A DNA stretch of 62,766 nt, the filler included, from Choristocarpus tenellus KU-1152 (Eukaryota > Protista > Phaeophyceae), in NCBI GenBank assembly GCA_964200185.2. It is 12 parts of 12 records of this genome, joined end to end, with 100 filler letters (N's around TTAATTAATTAA, not from the genome) between each part and the next. Parts side by side here need not be neighbours in the genome. Positions count along the whole stretch, not along the records: positions 12,562 to 22,316 come from CAXNAD020003423.1; positions 22,417 to 25,700 come from CAXNAD020021049.1; positions 25,801 to 40,258 come from CAXNAD020001182.1; 9 more parts are not named here. The stretch is one strand, 5' to 3'. The position numbers and the translations under genes were made by a program. The notes beneath the pieces were generated by a model. The model was not told the origin of the DNA, ran no database searches, and was given only the letters and a program-made list of their open reading frames with translations. Within the stretch, counting starts at the first letter, position 1. Each line of letters opens with the position of its first letter. Shown in pieces: positions 12,900 through 26,261 of the stretch.

Positions 12900-14100
12900 T
12901 GTACCATCAGCTCAGGAGAGTAAAAAAGGGTTGGGTAACCACCAGTAGCATGGGCCTATTTATTGTTGATATTATACTGGACAATGAAACCAACTTGCAG
13001 GCATGTCCATTTTCGGATAAGACAGAAGGGCATGGTAAAGTCAATCTTGTAGGCAGAGATGAGGACAAAAGCGAAACTCCTGAACTTATTGCTGAAACTA
13101 GTGCTTTTTCTGATACTGCCAAGATTCCGTTTGAGTTTAGTAAAGGAGGGAGGCCTGTCCATGCGCCAAATATAACTATTAGTGGTGGTTTGCAAAGGGC
13201 AACCCTATTTGCCGGGATTCATCCTAAACCTGGTATTATGAGTACACATGAAATGAATCGCCGGAAACTGAAGGATCAATGGCATCCTAGATGGGGGGGG
13301 TGTTTGCCTAGGTCATCCATTTGGGGTTCTGATGATGCGTTGTTGAAAGACTTCCCAGTTTGATGCCTGTTTTGTGCATATGTTGCTTCTGATTTGTTTC
13401 AGAAGGGGAATGGAAAAGGAAGGTGCGTCCAGATGAAAGAAATCACCCTCATAGCTGACACCTTAACTCAAATTTCATGAAGATACAGGGTCACAAAGGC
13501 CCCGAATGGACGCCCCCTCTAGGACACTATTATGTAACAATCCAGGAGATGAACTAGAATGTACTGACAGACCTCCCACCACCTGTTAATTTCCATGCCT
13601 CTCTCAACATTATTTTTCTCCTGTGCATACCCCAATGATGCCTTTGACAACACATAGCACACGGAGAATCTTATCTTTTTCGCTCTCCTAAGGCCTATCG
13701 CAAACAATCTCACTGGACCTTCTATCCTTCCAGGGAGTGTTCTGGTAGACTCTGTAAGGACCTTGAAACAATGTCCTTGTCACCCTCGTGTCCTACCAAG
13801 GCCACATCTAGTCTCCCCAAGAAATCTATTTTTCAGTGCCCTGGACAGGGTGAGTGCAAAACCCAGGGGCGGGCATTTCCAGGCCTTACCCCAAACCAGG
13901 TAACTGTAATATGGCCAGACCACGGACTGGGCTAGAAAATTGATTTGGGGGGGGGCTGGTCCATGGTCGTGGGGATTTAAATGGATACAGTCTGTGGGTT
14001 GGCCCAGGTAAATGTCTTTAACAGGGTCAGACCAAGGTTTTCATAGATGAAACCGAGGTAAGTATAGGCTGGACCAGTTAACTGCCGTTTTGGTGTGAAG
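12900..14100 (-). mobile_element. Possible highly decayed non-LTR (LINE) retrotransposon remnant
   Basis: Minus-strand AYTYLGFIY near 14040-14070 resembles the RT YxYLG motif. The rest is not interpretable and the boundaries are approximate. Confidence 0.3.
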
Positions 14101-14213
14101 GTCTATATACATCCTAGCCTGAAATTAGTCCCTTACGAAAAAATACACTTTGTCGTGGGGCTCCTAATATGTGAGTTCGCTTTTCCCACCTATGTGAATG
14201 TAAAGCAAATCAG

Positions 14214-14483
14214 GAGCCAATGCATTTAAGAGGGTAGGGCCGTGTCTGTTCGGGGTCATAAGTCCAATGTTGCGATTTTGATTAATTTTGGCCATCCTGT
14301 TTGTTAGTGAGAGCCAATATCCTTGCTCCGGACACACCTTTCATAGCTCTATACATTTTACCTACTCCAAAATTTGAAATATTCACACAGAAAACCAAAA
14401 AAGGGCATTAATAACCCGTGGGAAGCCAAGCCCCGAACGGACAAACAGGGTAAAATCCCCACCCGCTTAAATGCTTTTGGGTC
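14214..14483 (+). mobile_element. MITE family A'
   Basis: TIRs GAGCCAATGCATTTAAGAGGG / CCCGCTTAAATGCTTTTGGGTC. Flanks CAG/CAG. Confidence 0.88.
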
Positions 14484-15304
14484 CAGTAGTGTTGAGAATC
14501 GTGAGAGGTTCAATCAGCTTCATTTATATTTTTGTGAATAACCGAGTAACTGAGATGAAAACGTTCAGTTGTTTGGAGGGGGGTTATCACAATACCAGCA
14601 CAAGTGCGACTTACTAAACGTGTTTGAGGTCACAGTAGAACCACATATTCTATGCATTCCCTAGCTCATGACTTCGGATCTGCCTGCCGGAGCCTGTGAG
14701 AGTTTTGAAGATTCCTCCCTATGGCGCCAAACGGCACTTGGTATCCTGTGTACATACAGGGTGCAATGTCTCGTGCGCAGAAAATTTAATTCGATTCAAC
14801 TCCATTCGGCTCAATTAGTTGAAATTTTTCTCAAGTAGATTTAGTAATGACAGTTGTAAATTCTTATGGTTCACAACTCTACAAAATCGGACTTTCCGCC
14901 TACCTATGTGTTCGTAGGTATACGGCTAATCTGAGAAGCCAGAGAGTATTGGGCGCAAGACCAACGAAGGCTCACAAGTCCCCCGTACGCACACTACCAG
15001 TGGACATCAACAGTACCTCAGAAATCGGTTTCTTGAACATCTTGGCCAGCTTCTTCACTTGTTGTATGTAAGAATTCCATTCTACACTACGCTGACCTCC
15101 CTTAATGGCCCATATGATGTAGGGCATGAGGAGTTCTTCATAGCTATGTTAACAAAAGTTTACATCAACGCAAAATAAAGAGGGTTGCGAATCAAAGGGG
15201 TTGTCCTTGATTTGCAGAGAAGTGCGAAGTCCTTAGCACGGCAAGGATTCACAAGGAAGTTTGTTGCAAGGCCTGCAGAGATCATAAGAACCCTAGATCA
15301 TACT

Positions 15305-15846
15305 GAGCGTCTCGAATAATTTAAGAGGGTACGTCCGTGTCCGTTTGGGGTCATAAATCTAGAGCCAAAGAATCTTAGAAGGTAGAGCCATGTCCATTTG
15401 GAGGCCAAAATCCAATGCTGCCACTTTGATGTAATTTTGACTATCGTGTTTGTTAGGAAGTGTCAATATCCTTGTTCCGGACACACCTTTGTGTAACATA
15501 CACATTTTACCTACTCCAAAAAACTTCAGAGTAGGAAAATTCCAAAAATAAACATGGGAAGCAAAACCCCAAGTGCACAAACGGGTAAAACTCTTGCCTT
15601 CCAAGATATTTTCACGCATCCAATATTTTCGATTTTGATTTATTTTGGCTATTGTGTTTGGTAGTAATTGTCAATACCCTTGCTCCAGACACATCTTTCC
15701 GGGTCGTGTATATTTTATCTACTATGAAATGTTGGAGTATGTAACTGTGTTCAAAGAAACCGAAGAAGGGCAAAAAAAACTTTGGAAAGCCAAGTCCTGA
15801 ATGGGCAAACAGGGGTAACCTCCTACCCCCCGAAATGTTTAGGATC
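15305..15846 (+). mobile_element. MITE family A' interrupted by a family A copy
   Basis: The A' 5' part (15305-15361) resumes at 15618 after the inserted A copy. Confidence 0.8.
15362..15617 (+). mobile_element. MITE family A nested in A'
   Basis: GAGCCAAAGAATCTTAGAAGGTAG...CCAAGATATTTTCACGC. Flanks ATCTA/ATCCA. Confidence 0.88.
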
Positions 15847-16228
15847 AGCAGAACGAGGAGCTACACACACATGTGAAACTATCGACAAATTATTACAAAA
15901 ACACTATGACAAAATTGTGGTGGCAGTTAACTCTGCACATAAGTGAATGAAATTCTTTCATAATGATGGCCCTAACAAGAACCACCAGTGACAAACATCT
16001 GCCATCACCCTCCCTGTTACTTGTGGGTGATGTTTCTCTCAACACACCCTGACAGCTTCCACTATTCCAACCAATACTTGCCACCCTTTCAATCCTGAAC
16101 ACGCCTTTAATCCAAATTTAAGAGATCCCAACAAACGGCTGAATGAGTGTCATTTGGATTGGGTTTTTTCCAAGTCGGTTCTCAATTTCTACTCACCAAA
16201 ATCTTGACAATAATGCCTCCTTGCCTAC

Positions 16229-19200
16229 CTCTTCAGCCCTGAGTACTTTTTTCTGCATATCTGCAGTTCGTTGCTCGTTTTCAATCATCCTCTGCATCTC
16301 CTTCTCCTGGCGTTCTGCAATTGTCTGAGCGCGTTTATGCTCCTGTGACACAATCCTAAGGTTTGTTAGATCCGCTCTAGCTCTAGAGAGCACCAATGCA
16401 TGTCTATTGCAGGCTAGTGGAATTTGAAAAAGGCTATGCAATTAGACCCTCCCCGATGCATGTTCCACCAAGAGCGTGCCCCACCTACCATTTGAAGTAT
16501 TCCTGCCTTGATCTTTCTAGTCTCAGTCTCTACATCATGGCCTGAGGTCCCTCCCCCAGCGACGGTGTTCCCAACACTTCCTCCACCGCCCTGCATTCCA
16601 AGAAGGAGATTATTTGCTACAGTAACAAACTTGAACTTCTTTGAGGGAAAAGTAATGAGATGGGGGGATTTTTGTGCTTGATTTGACATACCGCAGTGGT
16701 AGAGAATGGACATTGATAAAATACTGTTTGTATGGTGTGTGTATGCCCAACTACAACAGAATATTATGTGAGACTTTTTGGTGGTGGAGTGAGTTCCCCT
16801 TGTGCATTTCTTATATACTCCTTGTACAGCACGAAAGTACCATGGAGGAAGATGATAGAATTTTTTCGTAGTCTTGCTTTCTTACAGGATGCTCTGCATA
16901 TCTCAGATCATACCTCTCACCACATCTGACATGACATGGATTGACAAACAATGATTGCCAAATCCCATTTTGACATCCCGTGTATTTTCTTAGAAAAGAA
17001 GAATTGACTGCAAGTCAAGTATATATGCTTAAGTAGAAACTCAATTAATTTCAGAGGCTCAAAGAACACTCATGGGAAGGGTTTAAATAGGTTATCTCTC
17101 TAAAGGTTTTTCCTTGTAGTAGTCTAGTACTCCTAAAGCAGCCCATAGTACATGATTTAGTGCAGAAAAGGTGATTGATGGTGGGGTTGTATATGCATAT
17201 GGAGAATTATCTTAGGGGAATAGACTCAATCACATCATTCTATTTCTTTAACTTCAAAACCCACCGAAAGGAGAAAGGGTGACAGGCAAGGGTTTGCCAA
17301 GTATCAAAATGCTATGCAGGGAGCGTTTCCTGCTAAACTGAACCTTGATAATGTTCGGGAGGCCAGCTTCCTTCTGAGATAAAAATGCCAGGATGTTCTG
17401 CCTCTCCTGCTTCACGATTTCTATTTTCTCTAGTGGGCAAGATGGGCGAGAATGACCGAGCAGAATATATGTTGGGAGTGACATTTTAGCTGAGGACATG
17501 TCATAGCAGAATGGTGCTAACCTGTATGTAAGAGCTGAGGAAAAGCAGTGTGAAGAGCAATGCAAGACTTTGAGTCTTTCACACAAGCTGGAAAACATGC
17601 AGAATAATGTTGTCGTTTTGAAACAAACTTCTGCTGACCTGGGTCGTTTTGTCACCTTTTTGGCTGGGGCAAAACTACATCACATGCCAAAGGTCGTCTA
17701 TAATATCAGGCAAGCATGTTGAGATAGTTGTAAGAGGTGTTATATGTCACACAATGAGCAAGTCTTGTTCTCCAGATTAATTTTTGAGGGTTGTTGGGAA
17801 TTAGGTACTGTGGGTCGACCTTAAGGATATAAAATGGCGCTAGGATGCCATAGAAGGGAGCAATAGTCGTTGATGACTGGGAAGGGTAAGACACTCTAAT
17901 GGAGTATACATGGAGGTTTAATATCTCAAGTTGTTGGTAGGACCTAATGGCATTACTCTGGAGGAATATATATAGTATATGCTCAGGTGTATAAGTAGTA
18001 CCATATCTTCAATCATGGCTCTACAACACAGCTGTCAACCCCTCACCCCCTACACCAAAAGGGATTATGCACTTACCTAGGGTACTATCTCCAACATTCC
18101 TATTTATCATGAGTTTGAAATCAGATACAGCCTCGTCTTCGCATTGGATTTGGATAACCAATGCCAATAGATGTCTAGACATTAGCAAAAGTATGAACGT
18201 GGTGGAGAATGACTCTTGGGGTGACATATAGCGGAATGAAATTTAGTGTTCATCACGAATTGATCCCCAGAGTTACTGGGGGTATTTGAACCAATATATA
18301 TATATACCCATGGATTGGTGGAAATTTACTTAAGAGTGATGAGGTGAACCATGTGACAGCACTTACTAGGCGCATCAGAAAATGCCTATATGTTGTACTT
18401 CAAAAGGTTCCATATGACCTTGCATGGCAAGAATTTTGATGGAATACGAAGTCATTGATATTGGTGGGGGGGTTTTGGTTTAAATTGGTGTGGGTTTGAC
18501 TTCAACTCCTGCACTTCCCATCTTGAAGAGGGTTTATTTCTCCTCCTATGTCTAGTGGCATAGGTTTGACTTCAATTCCTACACTTTCAATCCGGGGAAA
18601 GCCTTACCTTTCCTCCTTGCCTCAAAAAAATCATGTCGAATTTCTGCCATTTCTGGATGTTCATTCTTCACAATGAACATCTTCTTGGACCTAGGTAGGG
18701 GGGTAATCACCAACAGAATGAAATTGAAAAGGTTTGGGTTTATCAAAGTTGATGGTAAGCAATAGAAACACGGGAAAGGAGAGGAAATGAGGACCTGCAT
18801 AGTGGATCAATTGCCACATGGAAATTTGTACAACGAAAATACAATGGTTGCACAGGAAGGAGCAATTGATAGAGTCTCAAGACAGATTATTGTCAATCAA
18901 TAGTGACGTGTTTGCCTTGGATCAAAGGTGGGGAAGGAGAGGTCCAAATATCTGATGGAACTTCAAGGTCAACATGATGAAGGGTGTTGTGTGTCGCAGG
19001 AGCTGACTACACCTCATTTCGAGCACTTCCGTCCTCTGATAATACCCCATTCCAAATTCGAAAATAAACCGTAGCTGTACGCATCGTGGTCTTCAGAACG
19101 TAGGGGCTACCTAATTCGACACAAATGTTATATAGCCCCTTTGCCCCAATAGAAAAGAGCATGATCTTTTCTGAGGTACCTAGGCTAACTGGAAGTGCTT

Positions 19201-19982
19201 CAGAGCATTATTATAGTGTTTCTCCACTGTTGGTTGCCATCACTAGTCCTCTACTACGGAACAGAACTATATAGAGGACATATATTCCACCATCGTCGAA
19301 CTTCGAAAGTCCCACTGGGAAACCTGAAGCTGTCCACACCAGTCAGGAAGCTACATAGTCTTTTCTTCTTAAGGCGTCTCAAATATCTTCTAGTGAAAAA
19401 ACATCCTCTGGGCAGGCCTCGTGAATGGTTTTGGAATAATAATAGTGATTTTCAACATATGATACTGCACTTACTCGAGCCCTTGCAGTATTCATGGAAA
19501 AACTTTGCAGGTTCAGATTTTTCCTTTCAATTCCCCTATTGAACGATTTACTACAGTGGTTGGACGATGACTCTTCCCTTGCCTTCAGTCTCTACGTTTG
19601 ATCGTTTGAATTTCTGTAGGGCCTCAGAAATTCGACGAGATACTCTTGCAAACATCGTGCATAGTTTTGTGGAAGGCAGAGAGAGGGACTTAGAGACCGT
19701 AGCAAACCTCTCTGGCCCTCCTCCATAATTTCATCTTGCCCAGTCCTTCAGACAAATCTCTAAATGCATAGTAATTATACCCACTGATAGAGTAAACCTA
19801 AGCTCTAACAGCTTAATTTCGAATTACCAGAGTCCACCTTCTTCACACCTTGGCACGAGCTCCTTCGGGTCATAGCCACACCTTAGGCAGGCCTCAAGGG
19901 ATCTCGGGCTACTGATAGGGTATGCCTTACCATCGCCCTCGTCAAAATTTAGGATTGACTTGATGCGATCCTCGAGGGACAT
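16229..19982 (-). CDS. Coiled-coil protein with N-terminal SPRSLEAC motif (5' five exons; 3' end not found)
   Basis: Exons 19982-19849 (MSLEDRIKS..PISSPRSLEACLRCGYDPKELVP), 18690-18608 (SKKMFIVKNEHPEMAEIRHDFFEARRK), 17429-17344 (KIEIVKQERQNILAFL..), 16590-16489 and 16342-16229 (EHKRAQTIAERQEKEMQRMIENE..). All junctions are GT-AG and phase-consistent. Confidence 0.8.
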
Positions 19983-21554
19983 GATCGCCTTCCTCCCTCC
20001 AGCCCCTTGCTTTCCTACAGTAGGAAGCTTATCCTTGAGAGGAGGGAATCAGTAATTCCAGAACATCGACTTGTAGTGCATTATCGACTAACCCTGGCTT
20101 CGAACAATAGGAGTTTGCACTTTGTCTGCCTCTGTCTAGACTCAAGACAGCTGGATGACGAAACAAAACAAAATGGTGCAATAGATGTTTCATAGTCCTA
20201 TGTAACTGCCCATTGTGAAACCGTACAAATGTCATCAGGCAACCAGTGGTTTCCATTTTCTTATTTGAGAGAATAACCTTGAAAAGGGCAAGCAGAACAA
20301 AGGACGCCATATTATACCGCCGAAGTGCTTAGCTCTTTTTATCAGCGCAGGTGAATTAGCAATTTTCCATCATTTGCATTTGGGACCTAGGTTGACCCTG
20401 CAGGTGACCGTATCCACTCTTCCTGTTGGTTATCTGTTGAGATTGCGACCTGCCTTTGCTTTCTCCAATGAGTACATGTCCTTATGCTACGCAAGTCGCG
20501 CTAGGCTTGTGATCAGCTCCATTAATACGACCTCAACTTTAACCTGCACGTGAAGATCAGGACCCATCGTCGTTATTGCTGTGCTCCCCCTTCCCATTAT
20601 ATAAATTTGGACATCCCTTGACGCTCCCTTGATATATTTCTCATCTAACTCAAACACGGAGCTCCACTCCTTATACCAGCCATGTTTATATAGTCCTTCC
20701 GTCAATCCGCTAAATTCGCTCTTATTCTTTGACCTCTACTCAATAGCACCAGAGTTTTTTGTTGCAAAGGAAATGGTGATTTCTACATTTTAATCTTTAG
20801 AAGTCTCGCTCTGCAAAGCACTACCGTCCACCAGCTGAAATGAGGCAAGATTTTGATAGGCTACGATATCTACGAAAATGTTTTCCTTGCGTTTTAGGTT
20901 CCTCCTGAATTGTACGGAGTGCATGACAGAATATGCAGTTGCCGTTTCCTACCCCATTTGATATTATTCGAACATCTCAAGCAATAATCATCATTTGTCC
21001 TCATAGTTTATGTTATTTAAGGCAATACTAACAAAGCACGGGGTTGAGGTCCTGATCAATCGAACCATATTATCAATGAGGGTTGGAAAATAACCTTTGG
21101 GTGTCACAGAATGTTGGCAAGTCTTTTTGTGAACAAGTTCATGTTCACTGCAAAGTATTTACCAATAATATGTATGATGCAGGCTTACATCAACAAGTTT
21201 GTCGGTATTCATATCATACCAGGGGGGAGGGAGCAGGTTAAGTGCGGTTATTCTTTTTCCCTCGTCAAAAGACCGCACTACAACTCGGTAAAACCTGCTT
21301 CAGATCAATCATTCGACAGCTGGTAACTTACAACAAGTGTTGGATGAGGAAGGCACCCATGACTGACAAATAGTTGTTGCATGCCACCAACCAATTCAAC
21401 AGAGCTACAGATTTTCACTTTGTGGTGTCAAATTGTATGTACTGTGCAATAGTCACACACAGACGTGGCATTGTTGGTGACTCCTCTCCCATTCAGCAGT
21501 ACCAAATGCTGCCTATGCTGGAAAAGCTGGAAACAGGGACAAACCAATCTACAG

Positions 21555-21776
21555 ATGTTTGCATCTCTGGCAGCACTGGCAATACCGAAAACTACAACAG
21601 CTCAGTCAGTGTTGGTGTTCCTCGCATTAAGCGCAGCAGGGATAGGAGAGGCTCATGAGTACTCCAAGCCCTTGATCAGCTCAGAGCAATGCGTAGACAC
21701 TACTGCTTCCATCACTAAGAAGACGGAAACTCTAGGGAATGGAGGGGCTTGTATGAGCTGCAATCCTACCAACAAG
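21555..21776 (+). CDS. Candidate first exon of a secreted Cys-containing protein
   Basis: MFASLAALAIPKTTTAQSVLVFLALSAAGIGEA|HEYSKP...CMSCNPTNK followed by a GTCAGT donor. The leader is signal-peptide-like but no family was recognised. Confidence 0.35.
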
Positions 21777-22131
21777 GTCAGTAAGCTTACATCGAGTTGC
21801 CAAACTGTTCTCGCACATCTCGATGCCAAACCTTCCCCCCACCAGAATATTTTCATCATCAGGTACCTCGGATCTCTACCCTCCGATTTTTGTTGTTGTA
21901 GAGAGCATCATGCCCACATTGACCATATTGATATTGATGGGATATGGGCGGATTCTGCGGGAATGCACGTTCCCCTGAGTCATTGTGACACATAGGATAT
22001 TCTGTTGGGGTGGGCTTTGATTTATGTTGTGATGATGTCCGTTGCATCTCCCCTGCTCTGCGAAAAATACATGACAAAGTGAATGACAGTTTGACTCTAA
22101 AAGGGTGCCCTCCTGCTCCCGACACATCTCA

Positions 22132-22312
22132 AGCTCATAATATCTGGAGGGGGGGGGAGGATCTGCACCAGGATGTCCATTTGGGCCCTAACCAGGAAAA
22201 GTGCAGTTCCATTATCCATCCGACACATGGAGCCAAATCACCCAATAAATGCGACATGAAAAATTGGGTCCCAAATGGACAGCCACCCCCCCCCCCCCAA
22301 CAAATTGGGACG
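22132..22312 (-). mobile_element. MITE family C, near-complete, at contig end
   Basis: Reverse complement of the 9428-9596 copy, including the GTCCATTTGGG and CCCAAATGGAC subterminal motifs. Confidence 0.8.
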
Positions 22313-23157
22313 CTAGNNNNNNNNNNNNNNNNNNNNNNNNNNNNNNNNNNNNNNNNNNNNTTAATTAATTAANNNNNNNNNNNNNNNNNNNNNNNNNNNN
22401 NNNNNNNNNNNNNNNNCAGTCTTGGCCAATAATTTCAGCCAGGTCTTCTGAGGGGACACCTGTAGAAAGAAGAGTGTGTATGGACGATCCTAAGGCCTGT
22501 ATTGTAGGGCTTGTACATACAGCCTGTGAGAAGGACTCGCCATGAGGCCCTTGCTGCCTTGCTAGGAGGGTGCGGAGATTAGCCACCAGTGATCCTACAA
22601 AAGCGGCATGTTGGCATATTATTTTATTATTATGCCCTTTGACATTTTGCAGATGTGTCCGATCTATCACATAAGTCAATATGATCCCTAATCTAAGGAA
22701 ATGAAATATCCTAAACGCGAGAGCACTATAATTTATTCTCAAAAGTGTTGAGAGAAATTTCAAAAAAGGCGACTTCTCGGTTTCCTATATACAAATATAC
22801 AAATATAGTGCTCCAACTCCCGTTTTGAATCTTTATTGTGTAGACATTAGGACATAGAACAAATCCTGTTGAACTTCATTGATGTTTCAATCTGAAATTT
22901 ATACGATTTCTTGGAAGGGGATCAGTCAATCATCACCTTGATGATACCTTCTTGACGACGTGTAAGATTGGAAGTAACTCAATGATGAAAGGCTCAAAAT
23001 GAAGTTAATGCGAAGGTGGACCAACTTAAAGTGTGATCGGGCTGTTCTAGTAGGCATTTCTTGATTGGGTATTGCCATCACTCTCCCAAGACCAAGTTCA
23101 TAACATTTCAAATACTACTTCTACGGTCGGTGTAGTGTGGTTGAAGACTCCAGCGAG

Positions 23158-25002
23158 ATGCATAGATTGCGCCAGAATGGGATCTTGTTAGGCCTTGTTT
23201 CGATCTATGGGGCTATTATAGGCGTTGTTTTGTTGCTTGTCTATGGTCCCCAACATGGAGTATCTCTTCCAACTACGGATGCACTGTTGAATGAACATGT
23301 ACAACGAAGGCTGGAGGATGCTACCGTCAAGGTAAGCGGGATGTATATTCCATTGACCAACCGAGTCGTCCAAAACCCTGCGATACTCGATTTCTCACTT
23401 GATCTCTGTCCTTCCCCCTGATGAATCGGTGATGCATGGTCGGAAAGTGGAGCGAGGGCGAGGGCGGGGTCGACTCTGCCACAATTACCCCAGATATGGA
23501 AATGCTGGATCGTGTCCACATGGTCTGGAAGTTCCCGAGTTCCTTCCAGCCGGAGAACCCCAGGATTCTTCGGGGGTTGTATGTTGCTTTTCATGGGTGT
23601 GGCCACGACCCGCTGGATTGGTGAGAGGCAATCGGATTTGTTCGGCTACGTTGCCCTCTCCCACCAGCATCAGAATGATTCTTCCTTCGCACCCACATGG
23701 TCGGAGTGAAGTCCTATCAATAGACTTCTAGTGCCAAAACGCTAGTAACTCTCACTTCTTTTGACTACTGTAACTAGTGCAGACGTCTACTTTTGCATCT
23801 TCCCACACAGCTTTTTATGTTCCGTCCAGCTTACATCCGTGTGCATGTTGTTCTACTAAGTTCAGTGTTAGTGTCCCTCCTCGTTTGGTCACCGCACACG
23901 TTCATGTATAGGATTATGTTTGCCTTCTGGTTTCCTGTGAACCGATGCACAATATTCTGTTGCATATTTCTATTGTTGCCTGGCGATTATTGCCATGCAT
24001 ACCGTATACTGTGTGAATTGGCCATCATGTCTTTAGCTGCGTGGAGTTAGGATTAAATCAAGATGATGCCAGTGACATACATCCAAGGTTTACCTATCTC
24101 GTCTTTTTCGATTGTGTGCGTTTATCCCCATTCTCCAATATACTTCAAATGACACCATGATGCCAATCCAGGTTTGAGCTCCCGGAAGAGACTTCAATCG
24201 TGACGCACCTTCTCCAGGCCGGTTACGCTGTTGTTGCACCTGGGACACAGGATCGTGAATCACACAGGTGAGTTCACCCAAAAATCATGACTCTCCTCGT
24301 GATATCACTGTTTTTTTTTATTGAGTCATACCCTTCAGTGTTGTTCGAGGATCGAACACGATACTACTACAGTGCAATATTTATCTTCACACTAACGCTG
24401 TATGCTGATTTTATATGTACCTTTAAATTTCTCTGTAATTTCGGGGAGAGTTATGATTGGGACAATGTTCAAGGTCAGAAATTTAACCTCTTTGTTGTTG
24501 TTGTAGTGTACAATGTGTGCAACAAGGTTGAAGAGACATTTAGTCTTGAGTTGTAAGCACGCCACGCCACCTAGGAACCCAGGCTCTTCTCAAAAGTCCA
24601 GAATGTGAAGCATGGGAGGGGGGGTGCAGTTAGATGTATCCATGGTCAGTACGTCACCTACGACTGGTTTGGTTGGCCGTGAAGGGTGGTCACACAAGAG
24701 TCATGGCAACGGCGCTCTGATCTATTTTTTAATTGGTATTTCTTGGATTTAGTTACGAATAATTTAATTTATGACAGATGTGTATCCACATGCATAACGC
24801 CTCCCAGCAATACTGAATACTGCATATAGTTGTCGATGCCTTGTCAGGCGATATACTCTCACTGGGTAAGGAGGAATACTTAATTCATTATTTTTCGTTT
24901 TTATTTTTTTCTTCTTATGTTAAAAAAATAATTAACAAGGTGTTGGACAAGGGGAGACCTAGCACCGGTAAAGGCTGGACTGTGGGCATTCTACCGGAAG
25001 TG
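23158..25002 (+). CDS. Membrane-anchored alpha/beta-hydrolase-like protein (5' four exons)
   Basis: Exons 23158-23331 (TM segment ILLGLVSIYGAIIGVVLLLVY), ~23448-23620 (LYVAFHGCGHDPLDW), 24172-24267 (FELPEETSIVTHLLQAGYAVVAPGTQDRESHR) and 24940-25002 (CWTRGDLAPVKAGLWAFYRKW). Phases are consistent, but the exon-2 acceptor is uncertain. The nucleophile exon lies beyond the contig. Confidence 0.75.
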
Positions 25003-25164
25003 GTAAGCATTATTTATTTTTCTGGTCCTAACCCTAACCCTATCTTCACTCTGTGATTATTTATTTAGCACAATATTGTAGGGTAGTAGGGGACTTGAGC
25101 AGTTAAATCTTACAAGCTGTTCGACCTTGACTATCTAGGAATCAGAGCATAGCTATTAGTAGTA

Positions 25165-25200
<36 letters not shown>

Positions 25201-25402
25201 GTAATAATAATAATAATAATATTTGATATGCCTGGTTGTGCGTGATCTGTTGAATGTTAGAAGGCAAGGCAAGTTTTGTGTTGTGCCATTTCATATTTAT
25301 TTATTTATTTGTAAGAGTCAAATTTTCTTGACAGTTTTTTTCCTAACCGATTAACACACTGCACTCCTTTTTTTTTTGTCTTGAAATGCTCGTCCTGTGT
25401 TG

Positions 25403-25454
<52 letters not shown>

Positions 25455-25800
25455 TGAACTATGAACCAATAAGTAGAGCATCAAACCAACACAAAGATGA
25501 AAGACACGTCAAGTTGTCGTTGGGTTTAGTCAGTGATGACTTTCGACAGGGGGTCTGATGAATGGTGTATTTAGAACGACTTGTTGAATGTATAGTAGTG
25601 ATGTTGGTCATATTGGGGCATGGCATGGTGGGGGGGGGGGGGGGAAGGGGGGGAAACAAAGGAGTGGTTAGGGACACATTGGGGGTAAAAATAGTTTCAA
25701 NNNNNNNNNNNNNNNNNNNNNNNNNNNNNNNNNNNNNNNNNNNNTTAATTAATTAANNNNNNNNNNNNNNNNNNNNNNNNNNNNNNNNNNNNNNNNNNNN

Positions 25801-25817
25801 CCCAGATACTTTGACCC
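25801..25817 (+). mobile_element. MITE family C terminus at contig start
   Basis: CCCAGATACTTTGACCC. Confidence 0.6.
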
Positions 25818-25982
25818 AGGTCGCCTTGCAGCACACCCGCCTGTTCTTCTTCAATCCATCTGCTTCTTCCTTCCTTTTGCAAGTTCCCCAGATATCAACA
25901 CCTTCGAGTCGCTCATCCCCGTGCGTACAACTGACCCTGGGGATATGGTTGTAGTGGAATGCCGTGTTATTGTTATGGTTAC

Positions 25983-26246
25983 GACTTAAAGTATCTTCTA
26001 GAGGGTACGAGTTTTGCCCTGTTTGTCCATTTGGGACTTGGCTGCCCATGTTTTTTTCAATGACATTTTACTACTCCAAAATGTTTAGGAGTAGGTAAAA
26101 TGTATACGTTATGAAAAGGTATCTCTGAAACATAGATATTGACACTTCCTACTGACACACACGATAGCCAAAATTACATCAAAAACTCAACATTGGATTT
26201 TGACCCCCAAATGGACGCGGCTCTACCCTCTAAGATGATATGGCTC
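25983..26246 (-). mobile_element. MITE family A
   Basis: Full body with the internal hairpin. Flanks TAC/TAC. Confidence 0.88.
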
Positions 26247-26261
26247 TACAATAAATATACT

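Noticed and set aside
12839-13363. 174-aa plus-strand ORF
   Set aside because: It has a non-ATG start and no recognisable motif, and lies in probable decayed retroelement sequence.
15017-15144. Minus-strand exon-like YEELLMPYIIWAIKGG..KKPISE as the next exon of the coiled-coil gene
   Set aside because: Its phase is incompatible with the exon ending at 16229 (phase-0 reading gives an immediate stop), so it is left unassigned.
15359-15619. Recurrent ORFs such as ...RILTLPNKHDSQNYIK.A.LDFGPQMDAALPSKILWL that look like a small protein family
   Set aside because: These are translations of MITE family A. Frames and stops differ between copies, so there is no sign of coding constraint.
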